From a virus (taxonomy: Duplodnaviria > Caudoviricetes), in IMG/VR virus record IMGVR_UViG_3300037067_004901, positions 41,538 to 105,537 of that record: a stretch of 64,000 nucleotides of DNA. The stretch is one strand, 5' to 3'. Below are positions 40,301 through 51,165 of the stretch, in pieces (the first letter of the stretch is position 1; the number at the start of each line of letters is the position of its first letter). The notes under the pieces are model-generated. The model saw only the letters and a list, made by a program, of their open reading frames with translations, did not search any database and was not told the origin of the DNA. A program made the translations under genes and the position numbers.

Positions 40301-41269
40301 ATGGAACATAAAATTTCCATAGGTGTGCCAACCTACAATGACTTTATGCGAGTTAACAATTTGTTAACGAGTATCTTCTTATTTACTCCTACCAAATTTA
40401 ACTTCAAAGTCGTCGTATTAGATGATGGAACACCAGATAAAGAATGTGTACAAAAACTAAAAGAAGTATGCGATTCATTTGGTGTGCATTTCATAGAGCA
40501 TGAATCAAATAAAGGCATACCTGTAAGTTGGAATGATTTAACAAAGACATACGATGATTGTGATATACAAATATTATTTAATGATGATATTTGTATTAAT
40601 GATAAGAATTGGTTAGATTCTGTCATTTATTTCTTTGACAATAACGAAAATGTTGGTAGTATTGGTTGGAATCTAATACAAATAGACCCAAATACAAGCT
40701 CACCAAATAAGAATTATAGTTTACCAAACTATGATGTTCCACCAGGTAGGGTGGGTAGCCCTGTTGGTTGTTGCTTTGCTTTTTTACGAGAACACTGGAA
40801 ACAAGTAACATATCCTGATGGGTCATATGGATTCCCAGAGTTAATACGAAGTTTTTATGAAGAAACTTGGTTTAACTTCGAACAATGGAAACGTGGGTGG
40901 TGGTCTTTTCACGTACCTTATCCAGCTCAAGAACACTGGGGTTCGCAGACATTTGGGAAAAATGCGATTCTTGCTGTAACTGAATTTAATGATTATCTTA
41001 AAAAAGAAGAATATATAAATATTATTAAAAATTGTCCTAGCAAGATGTCTTTGACAATAGAACAGCATGTCGAATTAGCTGAAAAACACAACTTAGCTTA
41101 TCGCATGGATTATTCACGCGCTATATTTGCTAAATATTGGGGTGTAGAAGATTTTTGGCATGTACCACAAGTAAAAGTGCATGATGAGATATTAAAAATT
41201 AATGATTTTGCAAGACGTAAAATAAAATATCTTGATAAGAATATGAAAGAATGTGAGGTCGATGCATGA
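40301..41269 (+). CDS. GT2 glycosyltransferase
   Basis: IGVPTYN, VLDDGT, NKG...WN, FNDD. Confidence 0.85.
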   Translation: MEHKISIGVPTYNDFMRVNNLLTSIFLFTPTKFNFKVVVLDDGTPDKECVQKLKEVCDSFGVHFIEHESNKGIPVSWNDLTKTYDDCDIQILFNDDICINDKNWLDSVIYFFDNNENVGSIGWNLIQIDPNTSSPNKNYSLPNYDVPPGRVGSPVGCCFAFLREHWKQVTYPDGSYGFPELIRSFYEETWFNFEQWKRGWWSFHVPYPAQEHWGSQTFGKNAILAVTEFNDYLKKEEYINIIKNCPSKMSLTIEQHVELAEKHNLAYRMDYSRAIFAKYWGVEDFWHVPQVKVHDEILKINDFARRKIKYLDKNMKECEVDA

Positions 41270-42285
41270 AGATATTATATTTAGTTGACCCACAACAAGA
41301 TTATTTAACATCAATGATTTTTGATGGTTTGTGTTCTTTGATAAAAGAAGAAAATGTGTATGTATATCCAATGTTAAAACGTTGGAAATATGGTACTACT
41401 GACGATTGGTATATTTTACCAGATGGCAAAAAAGGTTGGACAGGTAAATCTGATTATGAACCAATACGAGCAAATTTGCCAGAATTGACTTTAGATGAAA
41501 TATGTGCACATATTGAAGAATTCGACTACATTATACTTTGTAGCCCAAGAGAATATGTAATTAAATCTTTTCGATATATTCGTGATAAATTAGGAATATT
41601 AACCAATAAGGTCGCATTTTTAGATGGAGAAGATGGTAATAATATACACACAGAATTGATTGATATATTTCAACCGAATTATTTATTCAAGAGAGAAATA
41701 TTTTATGATGCTCAATATAAAAATAAAAAAATATATCCGTTACCATTTTCATCGTTTGCTTTAAATTTATATATAAATAGTGATAGTATAAAAACATTAA
41801 ATGTCTTTGGAGTATTTGGCAATACAAATTATTTAAGAGTGAGATTAGTAGAAGAATTTCATAGATTAAATATTGATAAAAGTATTGTTGATATAGATTC
41901 GGGGGCTACTATAGACAGCGATAAAGCTAGATATGGTAAAATGTCATATAATGATTATATGCAAAAGATTGCTTCTTCAAAAATAGGGCTCTCGTGCATA
42001 GGACATGGAAAAGATTGTGTTCGTTATTGGGAGATACCATCATATAGAACGATGATGATGTGCGTTAATCCTAAAATTGTTATACCTTTTCCATTTAAAG
42101 ATAGAGAGACGGCAGTATTTATTAAAGAAGATTTATCAAATTTACGAGAACTTTTAGAATACTATTTGTCTCATGATGATGAACGCAAAGCAATAGCGCA
42201 AGCAGGACATGAACATCTAATGAAATATCATACTAATAAAAAAAGAGTGCAATATATGCTAGATATTATGGAGGCAAATGCATGA
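41266..42285 (+). CDS. Glycosyltransferase (GT-B, CgeB-like)
   Basis: RYWEIP, ERKAIAQAGHEHLMKYHT. Confidence 0.75.
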   Translation: MKILYLVDPQQDYLTSMIFDGLCSLIKEENVYVYPMLKRWKYGTTDDWYILPDGKKGWTGKSDYEPIRANLPELTLDEICAHIEEFDYIILCSPREYVIKSFRYIRDKLGILTNKVAFLDGEDGNNIHTELIDIFQPNYLFKREIFYDAQYKNKKIYPLPFSSFALNLYINSDSIKTLNVFGVFGNTNYLRVRLVEEFHRLNIDKSIVDIDSGATIDSDKARYGKMSYNDYMQKIASSKIGLSCIGHGKDCVRYWEIPSYRTMMMCVNPKIVIPFPFKDRETAVFIKEDLSNLRELLEYYLSHDDERKAIAQAGHEHLMKYHTNKKRVQYMLDIMEANA

Positions 42286-42926
42286 AAGTTATAAATTTTG
42301 ATAGATGTGAATTGGCAGATACTTTACAAAAACGAAGCGAAGAAGATAGACAACGTATTCAAAAAATAATAAAAAAAATAGATGAAACTCGTAATATTGG
42401 ATGGTGGGATTCAACAGAAGTTTATGAGTTTGTTAATAGAAATATAATATCTCGTGCTCAACGTGATACAATGGCCTATATGGTACAAGCATTATGCAAA
42501 CATCTAGGTGTCGGTATTGGTGTTGGTGGAACACCAATTGCAAACGTATTGAGTGTCAACACAAAAGAATGTGACGTTATAGTAACAGATTATCATTTAC
42601 CATTTGAAGATGAAAGTGTTGGATATATTATAAGTAATCATACATTAGAACATATACCAGAAACAGATGAAACGTTACAAGAATGGGCACGAGTATTGAA
42701 AACAGATGGTTTAATATCGATTACAATGCCAGATAAAAGATATTTTTTACATCAAAACGAAGAAGGAATTAGCAAATATGATTATGCATATTGTGAGATG
42801 GATCCAAGTGAATTAAAGATACATTTAGAAAAAATATCAGATAAATTAGAATTGTTACTTTTTAATACAAATAATAATAATTTTGATATGAATGTATTGT
42901 TAAGAAAGAAAGGAGTAACAAAATGA
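42282..42926 (+). CDS. SAM methyltransferase
   Basis: LPFEDES, HTLEH, EWARVLK. Confidence 0.8.
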   Translation: MKVINFDRCELADTLQKRSEEDRQRIQKIIKKIDETRNIGWWDSTEVYEFVNRNIISRAQRDTMAYMVQALCKHLGVGIGVGGTPIANVLSVNTKECDVIVTDYHLPFEDESVGYIISNHTLEHIPETDETLQEWARVLKTDGLISITMPDKRYFLHQNEEGISKYDYAYCEMDPSELKIHLEKISDKLELLLFNTNNNNFDMNVLLRKKGVTK

Positions 42927-43927
42927 AAATATTAGTTACTGGCAGTGCGGGTCTTATAGGGAGTTATATAGCAGATGAACTTACGAAAATTGGGTATGAT
43001 GTTGTTGGTGTTGATAATTTGTCTGGTGGGTATATACGCAATACTAGAAATCATAAATTCCATCTCTGTGATTTACGTGATAAATTCGCTACAGAAGTTA
43101 TAGTAAAAGCAATACAACCAACACATGTATTTCATTGCGCGGCAAGTGCAAGAGAAATAGGTTCACTTTTTGAACCTTTAAAAAGTACGGAAGATAATTA
43201 TTTATCTTATATGAATTTACTCAATGCTTGTATAAAAGTAAAATTTAAAAAAATGATTTTATTTAGTACGATGGCTACATATGGTGCACAACAACCACCG
43301 TTTAATGAAGATATGCAGTGTATGCCTGAAGATGTGTATGCAATAAATAAAACAGCAATGGAATTATCTACTAAATGTTTATCAGAGATACATGATTTTA
43401 AATATACTATTGTTAAACCACACAATGTATTTGGAATACGTCAAGCATTTGATTTATATCGTAATGTTTTTGCCATATGGATGAATCGCATAATGCATAA
43501 AGAAAAACAGATATATGTATTTGGAGATGGTGAACAAAAGCGTGCTTTCTCATATATTACATTTTCATTACCATGTTATATTAAATGTCTAGAAGATTTT
43601 ACGAATAGCAAGACCTATAATATAGGTGGAATAAAAGCTATTACATTAAATGAAGCGGCAGAATTAACATTACAAGCTATGGATGTTTGTGGAAAAGTTT
43701 GTATTGAACATTTGCCAAGTAGACCAAGAGAAGTTAAAATGGCGTTTTCTACGTATCAAAAAAGTATCGATGAACTTGGTTATAAAGAAGATATAGAGTT
43801 ATTAGATTGTTTGAAAGAAATGGCGTTATGGTGTAAATCATTAGGTCCACAGCAATTTTTAAATGAACCATTAGAACTTGAAAATGAAAAAACACCAATT
43901 GTATGGAGGAGTAAAAAGAATGAATGA
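42923..43927 (+). CDS. NAD-dependent epimerase/dehydratase
   Basis: VTGSAGLIGS, YAINK, FGDGEQKRAF. Confidence 0.9.
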   Translation: MKILVTGSAGLIGSYIADELTKIGYDVVGVDNLSGGYIRNTRNHKFHLCDLRDKFATEVIVKAIQPTHVFHCAASAREIGSLFEPLKSTEDNYLSYMNLLNACIKVKFKKMILFSTMATYGAQQPPFNEDMQCMPEDVYAINKTAMELSTKCLSEIHDFKYTIVKPHNVFGIRQAFDLYRNVFAIWMNRIMHKEKQIYVFGDGEQKRAFSYITFSLPCYIKCLEDFTNSKTYNIGGIKAITLNEAAELTLQAMDVCGKVCIEHLPSRPREVKMAFSTYQKSIDELGYKEDIELLDCLKEMALWCKSLGPQQFLNEPLELENEKTPIVWRSKKNE

Positions 43928-44789
43928 AGATAAAGTTAATATTGGAATATGGGGAAAAGGTATAGTTGGAAGTGCAACTGGTATGCTATTTGAAGAATCA
44001 GATAAAACAAAAGTTTACTATTATGATAAATATAAAAATATAGGTTCTAAAATAGATGTTGTAGATAGTTGTGATTTCATCTTTCTATGTTTACCGACAC
44101 CAATGAAAGTAAATGGAGAAATTTGTCTTGATTATTTAGAAACAACAATTGCTGAAATAGATAAACTTACAGAAAAGAAAAAAATTATTATTATACGCAG
44201 TACAGCCGTATCTGGTAGTACAGATAAATTCGCAGATAAATATACAAAGTTCGATTTTGTATTCTGTCCAGAGTTTTTGACAGAAAAGAATGCAGAAGAA
44301 GATATGAAACTTGCTGGACGTATTGTTATTGGGGCTAATTCAGACACTACTTTTGAAGCGGTAAAATCTATATTTAAATATGCTTATAATGATAAAGTAA
44401 CATATATAAGATTAACTAGAAAAGAAGCTGAAACATTAAAATATATCAGTAATATATTTTTAGCAGGTCAAGTAATGCTTGCTAATGAATTATATTTTAT
44501 ATGTGATAAGCTTAATGTGAATTATAATAAATTACGCGAACAATTAAAATATGATGGTAGAATTGGTTCACATACACAAGTTCCTGGTCCAGATGGAGAT
44601 TATGGTATTGGTGGAAAGTGTTTCCCAAAAGATGTTTCGGCTTTTATTTATTTATCGAAACAAAATGGGATAGAACCACGAATACTAGAAGAAATGATGA
44701 GATTAAACGAGAAAGTTCGTATTAATAAAGATTGGTTAGACATAGCGGGTGCATGCGAATCTAACAAAAAATTTAAAACAGGAGATTAA
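43878..44789 (+). CDS. UDP-glucose/GDP-mannose dehydrogenase family (likely start 43920)
   Basis: GKGIVG, CLPTP, PEFL, GGKCFPKD. Confidence 0.88.
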   Translation: MKMKKHQLYGGVKRMNEDKVNIGIWGKGIVGSATGMLFEESDKTKVYYYDKYKNIGSKIDVVDSCDFIFLCLPTPMKVNGEICLDYLETTIAEIDKLTEKKKIIIIRSTAVSGSTDKFADKYTKFDFVFCPEFLTEKNAEEDMKLAGRIVIGANSDTTFEAVKSIFKYAYNDKVTYIRLTRKEAETLKYISNIFLAGQVMLANELYFICDKLNVNYNKLREQLKYDGRIGSHTQVPGPDGDYGIGGKCFPKDVSAFIYLSKQNGIEPRILEEMMRLNEKVRINKDWLDIAGACESNKKFKTGD

Positions 44790-45804
44790 AAGAATGAAAG
44801 CATTAATAACTGGAATTAATGGTCAAGATGGAAGTTATCTTGCAGAATTATTATTAAGTAAAGGTTATGAAGTTCATGGCATTGTTCGTCGTGTTGCTAT
44901 AGAAGACATGGAGCATCGTCTTTCTAGAATTATGCATATACTTGATAAAATTACTTTACATTCTGCAAGTTTAGAATCTTATCCTAGTTTATGTAAAGTA
45001 GTTGAAAAAGTTAAGCCTGACGAATGCTATCATTTAGCCGCACAAAGTTTTGTTAGTTATTCATTTGAAGATGAGTTTTCTACAATGAATACAAATATAA
45101 ATGGAACGCATTATATGCTTTCTGCTATAAAACAATATGCTCCAAAATGCAAGTTTTATTTTGCCGCTTCAAGTGAAATGTTTGGGAAAGTACATGAAGT
45201 TCCACAAAATGAGAACACTATATTTCACCCACGTTCTACATATGGAATATCTAAGGTTGCAGGGTATGATTTAACGCGTAATTATAGAGAAGCTTATAAT
45301 CTTTTTGCATGTAGTGGAATTTTATCTAATCATGAATCACCTCGTAGAGGTTTTGAATTTGTTACTAGAAAAATAACAAACGCTGTAGCAAAAATAAAAT
45401 ATGGTAAATTAGATAAACTATATTTAGGTGACTTAACAGCGAAACGTGATTGGGGTTTTTCTGGAGATTATGTTAACGCAATGTGGTTAATGTTGCAACA
45501 AAACATACCCGATGATTATGTAATTGCTACAAACGAAACACACACAGTGCAAGAGTTTGTAACTTTAGCTTTCGCTCGTGCTGGGTTAGATTATCATGAC
45601 TATATTGCTATTGATGCAAGATATATGAGACCATCAGATGTGAATCTTTTAATTGGAGATTATTCTAAAGCGAAAGCAATATTAAAATGGGAACCAAAAA
45701 TAAAATTTAATGATTTAGTAAATATGATGGTAGACTATGATTTAACATTAGAGGGTGTAGGTAATGTCAATAAGCAATTCACTTTATCCAAGTTATCCGG
45801 GTAA
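44749..45804 (+). CDS. gmd: GDP-mannose 4,6-dehydratase (likely start 44794)
   Basis: ITGINGQDGSYLAE, LAAQSFV, NHESPRRG, KRDWG. Confidence 0.93.
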   Translation: MHANLTKNLKQEIKRMKALITGINGQDGSYLAELLLSKGYEVHGIVRRVAIEDMEHRLSRIMHILDKITLHSASLESYPSLCKVVEKVKPDECYHLAAQSFVSYSFEDEFSTMNTNINGTHYMLSAIKQYAPKCKFYFAASSEMFGKVHEVPQNENTIFHPRSTYGISKVAGYDLTRNYREAYNLFACSGILSNHESPRRGFEFVTRKITNAVAKIKYGKLDKLYLGDLTAKRDWGFSGDYVNAMWLMLQQNIPDDYVIATNETHTVQEFVTLAFARAGLDYHDYIAIDARYMRPSDVNLLIGDYSKAKAILKWEPKIKFNDLVNMMVDYDLTLEGVGNVNKQFTLSKLSG

Positions 45805-48334
45805 CCCACAAAGACTAGACCCAGCTTATACTGAAGGCGATGATACTGTCGCTGGAGCTACTGATTATAATAAACATGATGATGAAATATTAAAACATCA
45901 AGATTTAATAAAAAATCTTAATACGATATCTGGTGCTGGTGGCGGTACTGGTGTTTCAGACCATGCATTGTTATCAAACTTATCATATGCATCCGCAAAT
46001 CATACTGGGTTTCAAGCTTCTCTAATTACAGGAGCTGGCATAGCTATAGTTGGTACTGTTATAAATGGTACGCAAGACCAGAATTTGTTTAATGTTATTG
46101 ATGTAGAAAACATTGACGTAGTGGCTAATAGTTTAACTACTGAATTAAAAATTAGAACTGGTGCTGGTATTTCAGTTGTCGCAGACAATGACACTAAAAC
46201 TATAACTTTTTCTGCTGGTGCTGGAACTACAAATCATTCTGAATTATTAGAACTTGATTACGATTCATCAGCTCATACTGGTTTTCAAGCATCTCTGACT
46301 ACTGGTGCTGATGGTATAATTATTTTTAATGACGGTATAAAAACTGGTATTGATGGTTATATATATACTAACCGTATTGCTAATATTAATGGAACGTATA
46401 TTATATCATTAGCCAGTGGTAATGTGGGAATAAAAGGTGACTTTACCCCATTTGTTAATAGTTCACAAGATATTGGAACATCTATATATTCTCAATGGAA
46501 AGATATATATTGTCAAGTTCTTCGACCTAGTAGTAGACGTATTATTACAAGTTCTAATTTGATATCTAATGGAAGTTTTGCATCAGCGGCTGATTGGACT
46601 TGGGGGGCGAACGGTGAATGGGTCCCAGCAGGTTCCTATTATACGTGGGCCCAATATACATATGATTTGACGAATATAGATTATTTGTCTCAACAAATTG
46701 CTACGACTGCGGGTAAAACATATCGTATAGAACTTCAAGTTCCTTTTTATGGAGATTGGGATGATACAACTCTATTAAGAATAAAATTGGGTGAAAGTGG
46801 AGAAGCTGATGCAGAAGCAACAGTTGTTCCACTTGCGGGAGGTACTCCAAGTTGTACAGTCGAATTAGTATCTTATGGTACTAATGAGACACTATATTTT
46901 ATACCAGTTCACGATGAAGACAGCGAAGTTCATACAATTAATTTTTCATCGGTATTTGTATATGAAACAGAAATGATGTCAATATATGATAATTCAGGTG
47001 GTTTTTGGTATGCGGGAACTTCTAGAATTGCGACTAATGGAAATATTACAGCTGATACATTAACAGTAAGTGGTGCTTCTTCAATAGGTGGCAATCTAAA
47101 TTTATTTTTAGATTATCTAAAAGGAGTTGGAGAAGATGGCAATGCAATTTATATAAATAGAAGATGGGGTCCTGGACAGTGGACAACAATGCAAATATAT
47201 ATTGACCACGATAATAATTATTGTTGGGTTGGTACTGACCCCGGAACTTTTATTATAAATGCGGCAACTTCTCTTGGTAGTTCTGTTATTATAGGTGGTT
47301 CAAAAGGTGGTCAATCATGGGTTGGTCCTGGTGGTGATGTTACCATATATGGTGGTGATGGTGGCGGTGGATTTCCTTTAGGACAAGCGGCAGATGGTGG
47401 CGATGTTACTATATATGGTGGTGCGCAACAGGGTGCAGGTACAGCTGGGTCAGTTCTTATTACAGGTAAATTTAATCCTTCTGGTATTACAGGAAACATA
47501 GATTGGGGTATGAATAATCATACTACTAGTGGTTCAGGTACTTTTAGTTCACTTCGCATACCTCAAATTGGTGGTACAGCAGGGAAATACTCTATCTTTC
47601 AGGGGGGAGCGAATACCGTAGATTTGAACTATACTTTACCATCGGCATACCCAGTAACTTTATCAGGTAATCTTCGTAGCACAACTTCGGGAATATTATC
47701 TTTTGACGAGACTGTTTATGCACCGATTGATGCGCCTACATTTACAGGTGTTCCTAGTGCCCCAACAGCTATTGCAGGAACAAATACTACACAAATTGCG
47801 ACTACCGCATTTGTAAATGCTATTGATAACAATGCTCGTTATACAACAGTTCAAATGGCTCATAGTTCTCACACAGATGGTAAAGTTGCAGGAAAATATA
47901 TTTTTGCCGCAGGTCAAGGAGCGGCAGCAGTAAGCGGGACTGGGACATTATATCCTCAAAAGGTTTTCTATTTAACTGGGGTAGACTTTCCGACTATAAA
48001 TGGTAAGGCAACAGTATTACGAATTAAGGGTAGTGTCTTTTGCAATGATGTTGCCCCGTTTGTAGGAACATTTACCTTTGGACTGTATCCAGTTACACGA
48101 CCTGCAACATCGGGTGGAGCTGGTTTATGTATTTATACAGCAGGAACTGTTGTAAGCGGTTCAAATGGTGCGGTAGTAACAAATCCGGCTGCGGATTCAA
48201 GCAATAACGCTATTGGTTCGGATTTTGCAATACCAGCTGATGGTTGGTATGCTTTAGCTTTTGTAACAACTGCTACAGTAGCAACAAATGCTCATACCCA
48301 CGTTAATTGTGAATTACAAATGAGAAATGCTTAA
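45764..48334 (+). CDS. Fiber/adhesin-like virion protein
   Basis: Gly/Thr/Ser-rich, internal repeats, phage-fiber motif APTFTGVPSAPT...TTQIATTAFV. Confidence 0.7.
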   Translation: MSISNSLYPSYPGNPQRLDPAYTEGDDTVAGATDYNKHDDEILKHQDLIKNLNTISGAGGGTGVSDHALLSNLSYASANHTGFQASLITGAGIAIVGTVINGTQDQNLFNVIDVENIDVVANSLTTELKIRTGAGISVVADNDTKTITFSAGAGTTNHSELLELDYDSSAHTGFQASLTTGADGIIIFNDGIKTGIDGYIYTNRIANINGTYIISLASGNVGIKGDFTPFVNSSQDIGTSIYSQWKDIYCQVLRPSSRRIITSSNLISNGSFASAADWTWGANGEWVPAGSYYTWAQYTYDLTNIDYLSQQIATTAGKTYRIELQVPFYGDWDDTTLLRIKLGESGEADAEATVVPLAGGTPSCTVELVSYGTNETLYFIPVHDEDSEVHTINFSSVFVYETEMMSIYDNSGGFWYAGTSRIATNGNITADTLTVSGASSIGGNLNLFLDYLKGVGEDGNAIYINRRWGPGQWTTMQIYIDHDNNYCWVGTDPGTFIINAATSLGSSVIIGGSKGGQSWVGPGGDVTIYGGDGGGGFPLGQAADGGDVTIYGGAQQGAGTAGSVLITGKFNPSGITGNIDWGMNNHTTSGSGTFSSLRIPQIGGTAGKYSIFQGGANTVDLNYTLPSAYPVTLSGNLRSTTSGILSFDETVYAPIDAPTFTGVPSAPTAIAGTNTTQIATTAFVNAIDNNARYTTVQMAHSSHTDGKVAGKYIFAAGQGAAAVSGTGTLYPQKVFYLTGVDFPTINGKATVLRIKGSVFCNDVAPFVGTFTFGLYPVTRPATSGGAGLCIYTAGTVVSGSNGAVVTNPAADSSNNAIGSDFAIPADGWYALAFVTTATVATNAHTHVNCELQMRNA

Positions 48335-48349
48335 AAAATATAATAATAT

Positions 48350-48640
48350 ATGAAATGGGGCAGTAAGTGGGGATTAAGATGGGGTTTATATACAGATAAT
48401 AGAATTAAGTCTGTTTCTGATTTAAATAGAATAGATGTGGTATCAGATATAAATCGTGTTTTAACAGTTTCTGATACCGATAGAATAAGTTCAATTACTT
48501 CGGATTTAAATAGAATAGATGTGGTATCAGATATAAATCGTGTTTTAACAGTTTCTGATACCGATAGAATAAGTTCAATTACTTATTATGAAGATTTGCT
48601 AAAAATAGCGTCTGATATGATAAGATTAAAACAAATGTAA
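48350..48640 (+). CDS. Small repeat-containing protein
   Basis: WG repeats followed by a duplicated 28-aa unit. Confidence 0.55.
   Translation: MKWGSKWGLRWGLYTDNRIKSVSDLNRIDVVSDINRVLTVSDTDRISSITSDLNRIDVVSDINRVLTVSDTDRISSITYYEDLLKIASDMIRLKQM
48419..48584 (+). repeat. Perfect 82-bp direct repeat, period 84
   Basis: 48419-48500 identical to 48503-48584. Confidence 0.9.
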
Positions 48641-48654
48641 TAGGTGATAATAAA

Positions 48655-49182
48655 ATGTCAATATATGAAAAAGATTTGATTCCAGCATTAGCAAGAGAAA
48701 TGGGTGATACCGATTCTTCGTCTTATTTTTATACAACAAATCAATTATTTTCTGCAATAAATGACGGTTACGCAGAATTAAATAGACGTGGATATAAAAC
48801 AATATTCTCTGTAACAGGTTCTGGTGATGTAGCATATTTTTCCCCTGAACCATCAAAGGATGAACAACGTGCTATTGTATTATGTTCTGCATTAGTTTTA
48901 ACAGAAGGTGAGATACAGAAATCTGCACGTAATTCTATCATACATCAGAATGTAGCTGGTAGGACAGATTTAACGCAAATTGCGAATTTTTTGTTACAGA
49001 TTAGAGATAGACTTGAAGAACAGATTAATGATTTTATTGATTCTACCGCTCGTACTACTGATTCTACTACTGAAGATGGTGAAACATTAATAGAAGGACA
49101 TGAATTAAAATCAACACAAACACCAAAAGCAGATAATTATTCTGAAGGTCTTGTAAGAACAGAAATTATTACGGGTATATAA
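48655..49182 (+). CDS. Head-tail adaptor (putative)
   Basis: REMGDTD...YTTNQL pattern; position. Confidence 0.55.
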   Translation: MSIYEKDLIPALAREMGDTDSSSYFYTTNQLFSAINDGYAELNRRGYKTIFSVTGSGDVAYFSPEPSKDEQRAIVLCSALVLTEGEIQKSARNSIIHQNVAGRTDLTQIANFLLQIRDRLEEQINDFIDSTARTTDSTTEDGETLIEGHELKSTQTPKADNYSEGLVRTEIITGI

Positions 49183-49183
49183 A

Positions 49184-49561
49184 ATGTTAAATCAGTCTCA
49201 AAAAAATAAATTAAAAAATGTACGTTCTTTATTTAGAACAATCCCATGTACATTATGGACTATAACAAAAAACACAATATCTTCAAATGATTTTTATAGA
49301 CGTCCAACAACCATTACTAGCGGTTCGCATTTATTTTCTGGTTCTGTTGCATGGTCTAATGTAATTTATCGTACAGATTCAGCAGGGGGATTTTATAAAA
49401 CCAGTGAAGTTGCAATAGTTACTAGTTATGATGAAAAAGATTATTTAGATTCAGAAAATTCTTATTTAGTTTGTGAAGGCGTGCCACTTCGTATGAAAAA
49501 TATGGCACAAGCAACAGATACTAATGAACTCGTTATCTATTGCGAAAGATTAAATGAGTGA
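49184..49561 (+). CDS. Head closure protein (putative)
   Basis: Size and position. Confidence 0.45.
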   Translation: MLNQSQKNKLKNVRSLFRTIPCTLWTITKNTISSNDFYRRPTTITSGSHLFSGSVAWSNVIYRTDSAGGFYKTSEVAIVTSYDEKDYLDSENSYLVCEGVPLRMKNMAQATDTNELVIYCERLNE

Positions 49562-49884
49562 TAAAAAATAGGAGAATAATATTTATGGAAAATAAAAAAG
49601 ATATTTGGTCTGAAGGTATTAAAGCTATTTTTGGTTCTTCAAAGCGTTCATTATTGGATTTTATTGATATGATACCAACAAGTACAAGTCGCGAAAAAGA
49701 AATTATCGGTTCGATTAAAGGTCGTATTCATAATGATTTATCTTCTGCTTGTTTAAGCGTTGGCGCAATGATGGCTGCATTTAGAGCTGGTGGGGATATA
49801 ACTCCTTTTGAAGACACTATTATAAAAAAAGAAAATAATGCTAGAACAAGAGCAGATAACATTTTAGGTGGCGGAAAAAAATAA
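49558..49884 (+). CDS. Hypothetical protein
   Basis: ORF track. Confidence 0.5.
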   Translation: MIKNRRIIFMENKKDIWSEGIKAIFGSSKRSLLDFIDMIPTSTSREKEIIGSIKGRIHNDLSSACLSVGAMMAAFRAGGDITPFEDTIIKKENNARTRADNILGGGKK

Positions 49885-49886
49885 TA

Positions 49887-50606
49887 ATGATAAGTGCTAC
49901 TTTTAAAATCAATTCTGTGCAACTTACAAATATGCTTCGTAATCATTTTAATAGTCGCGTAGCACCAGTAATAGTTAAAGAAGCGAAAGAGGTTATTAAA
50001 GATACTATAAGATATAGTGTAAATAAACATATGAAGAATGAGGTTATAAAATATGCGCCATCTCCTACAATAGAAAAACTTGCTTTAACAAGTGGTATTG
50101 ATGATAAAAGTCGATTTGTTGGTTATCCATCTACTTCATCTACGTTTATGAAAGAACCAGAATTTTTATATTTAGTAGATGCGATAGCGCGAGATGCGAA
50201 ATTCGCGATACAAGAAATAGATTCAAAAAATATGTATACTTTATTATTTTCACTTTCTGAAGAAAGTAGAAAAAAAATAAACAATGAAATTGGTTTTGCA
50301 TGGATGAAGAAAATTGGGAATAATATGTTAGAACGTCGCTCTACATTAGATATGAATGCATATCATCCTACATGGGATAAATTACTTGATATGTGGGAAT
50401 ATGGTGCTTCTAATCCAACATTTACTGTAAGAGCAAGAGATATAAATTCAAAATTACATGCAGGTCCTGATAAACGTATTGCATCTAGCTCTATTATAAA
50501 AACAATTACGCCTCATCGCATGTTTTATTTAGGTATGAAAAGTGCGAAAGATAAAATTATAGAAGATATTCAAATAAAATTAAAAGCGAGATTTTCTAAA
50601 AAATGA
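49887..50606 (+). CDS. Neck/tail completion protein (putative)
   Basis: Position; WEYG motif. Confidence 0.45.
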   Translation: MISATFKINSVQLTNMLRNHFNSRVAPVIVKEAKEVIKDTIRYSVNKHMKNEVIKYAPSPTIEKLALTSGIDDKSRFVGYPSTSSTFMKEPEFLYLVDAIARDAKFAIQEIDSKNMYTLLFSLSEESRKKINNEIGFAWMKKIGNNMLERRSTLDMNAYHPTWDKLLDMWEYGASNPTFTVRARDINSKLHAGPDKRIASSSIIKTITPHRMFYLGMKSAKDKIIEDIQIKLKARFSKK

Positions 50607-51112
50607 TAACAGGCAGTGGATATATACAAAAAACATTACAATCATTATTTTATTATTTGCGTACTACACAATATGATAAAAGTGGTACAACAAAAACATT
50701 ACTAACTGCATTTGATAATTTAGAAATATTACCAAATTATCCTGATTCGTTGGAAAAATTGAATTTACCAACAATAGCGATTATGATGAATCCTGTTGGA
50801 CAACAAGAAGTTACATATCATTCGTCTACAAAATCTGTACCATTATCATTTTCTATTTATGGATTTTGTGGTGGTAAACAGACAGATGGAGATAATCAAG
50901 CATTACGTGATGAACTATGCAGTGATGTACGCGAAATATTAGAAGATACGGATTATATAAATTTATATGAATATCCTAATTTTTCTAATCAAATGGGAGA
51001 CATGAGTGTAGAATCTGTAGTTTCGCGTTTTATAGAACCAATTGGAACATTGAGTGCTGAAAAATATAGATTTGTAATTGATATAGAATGTGAATATTTG
51101 AAAAGTGTTTGA
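50603..51112 (+). CDS. Tail terminator (putative)
   Basis: LPTIAI motif; precedes major tail gene. Confidence 0.5.
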   Translation: MITGSGYIQKTLQSLFYYLRTTQYDKSGTTKTLLTAFDNLEILPNYPDSLEKLNLPTIAIMMNPVGQQEVTYHSSTKSVPLSFSIYGFCGGKQTDGDNQALRDELCSDVREILEDTDYINLYEYPNFSNQMGDMSVESVVSRFIEPIGTLSAEKYRFVIDIECEYLKSV

Positions 51113-51165
51113 TAGATAGATTTCAAAAATAATATTAAAATAAAAAATAAGTGAGGTGAAACAAA

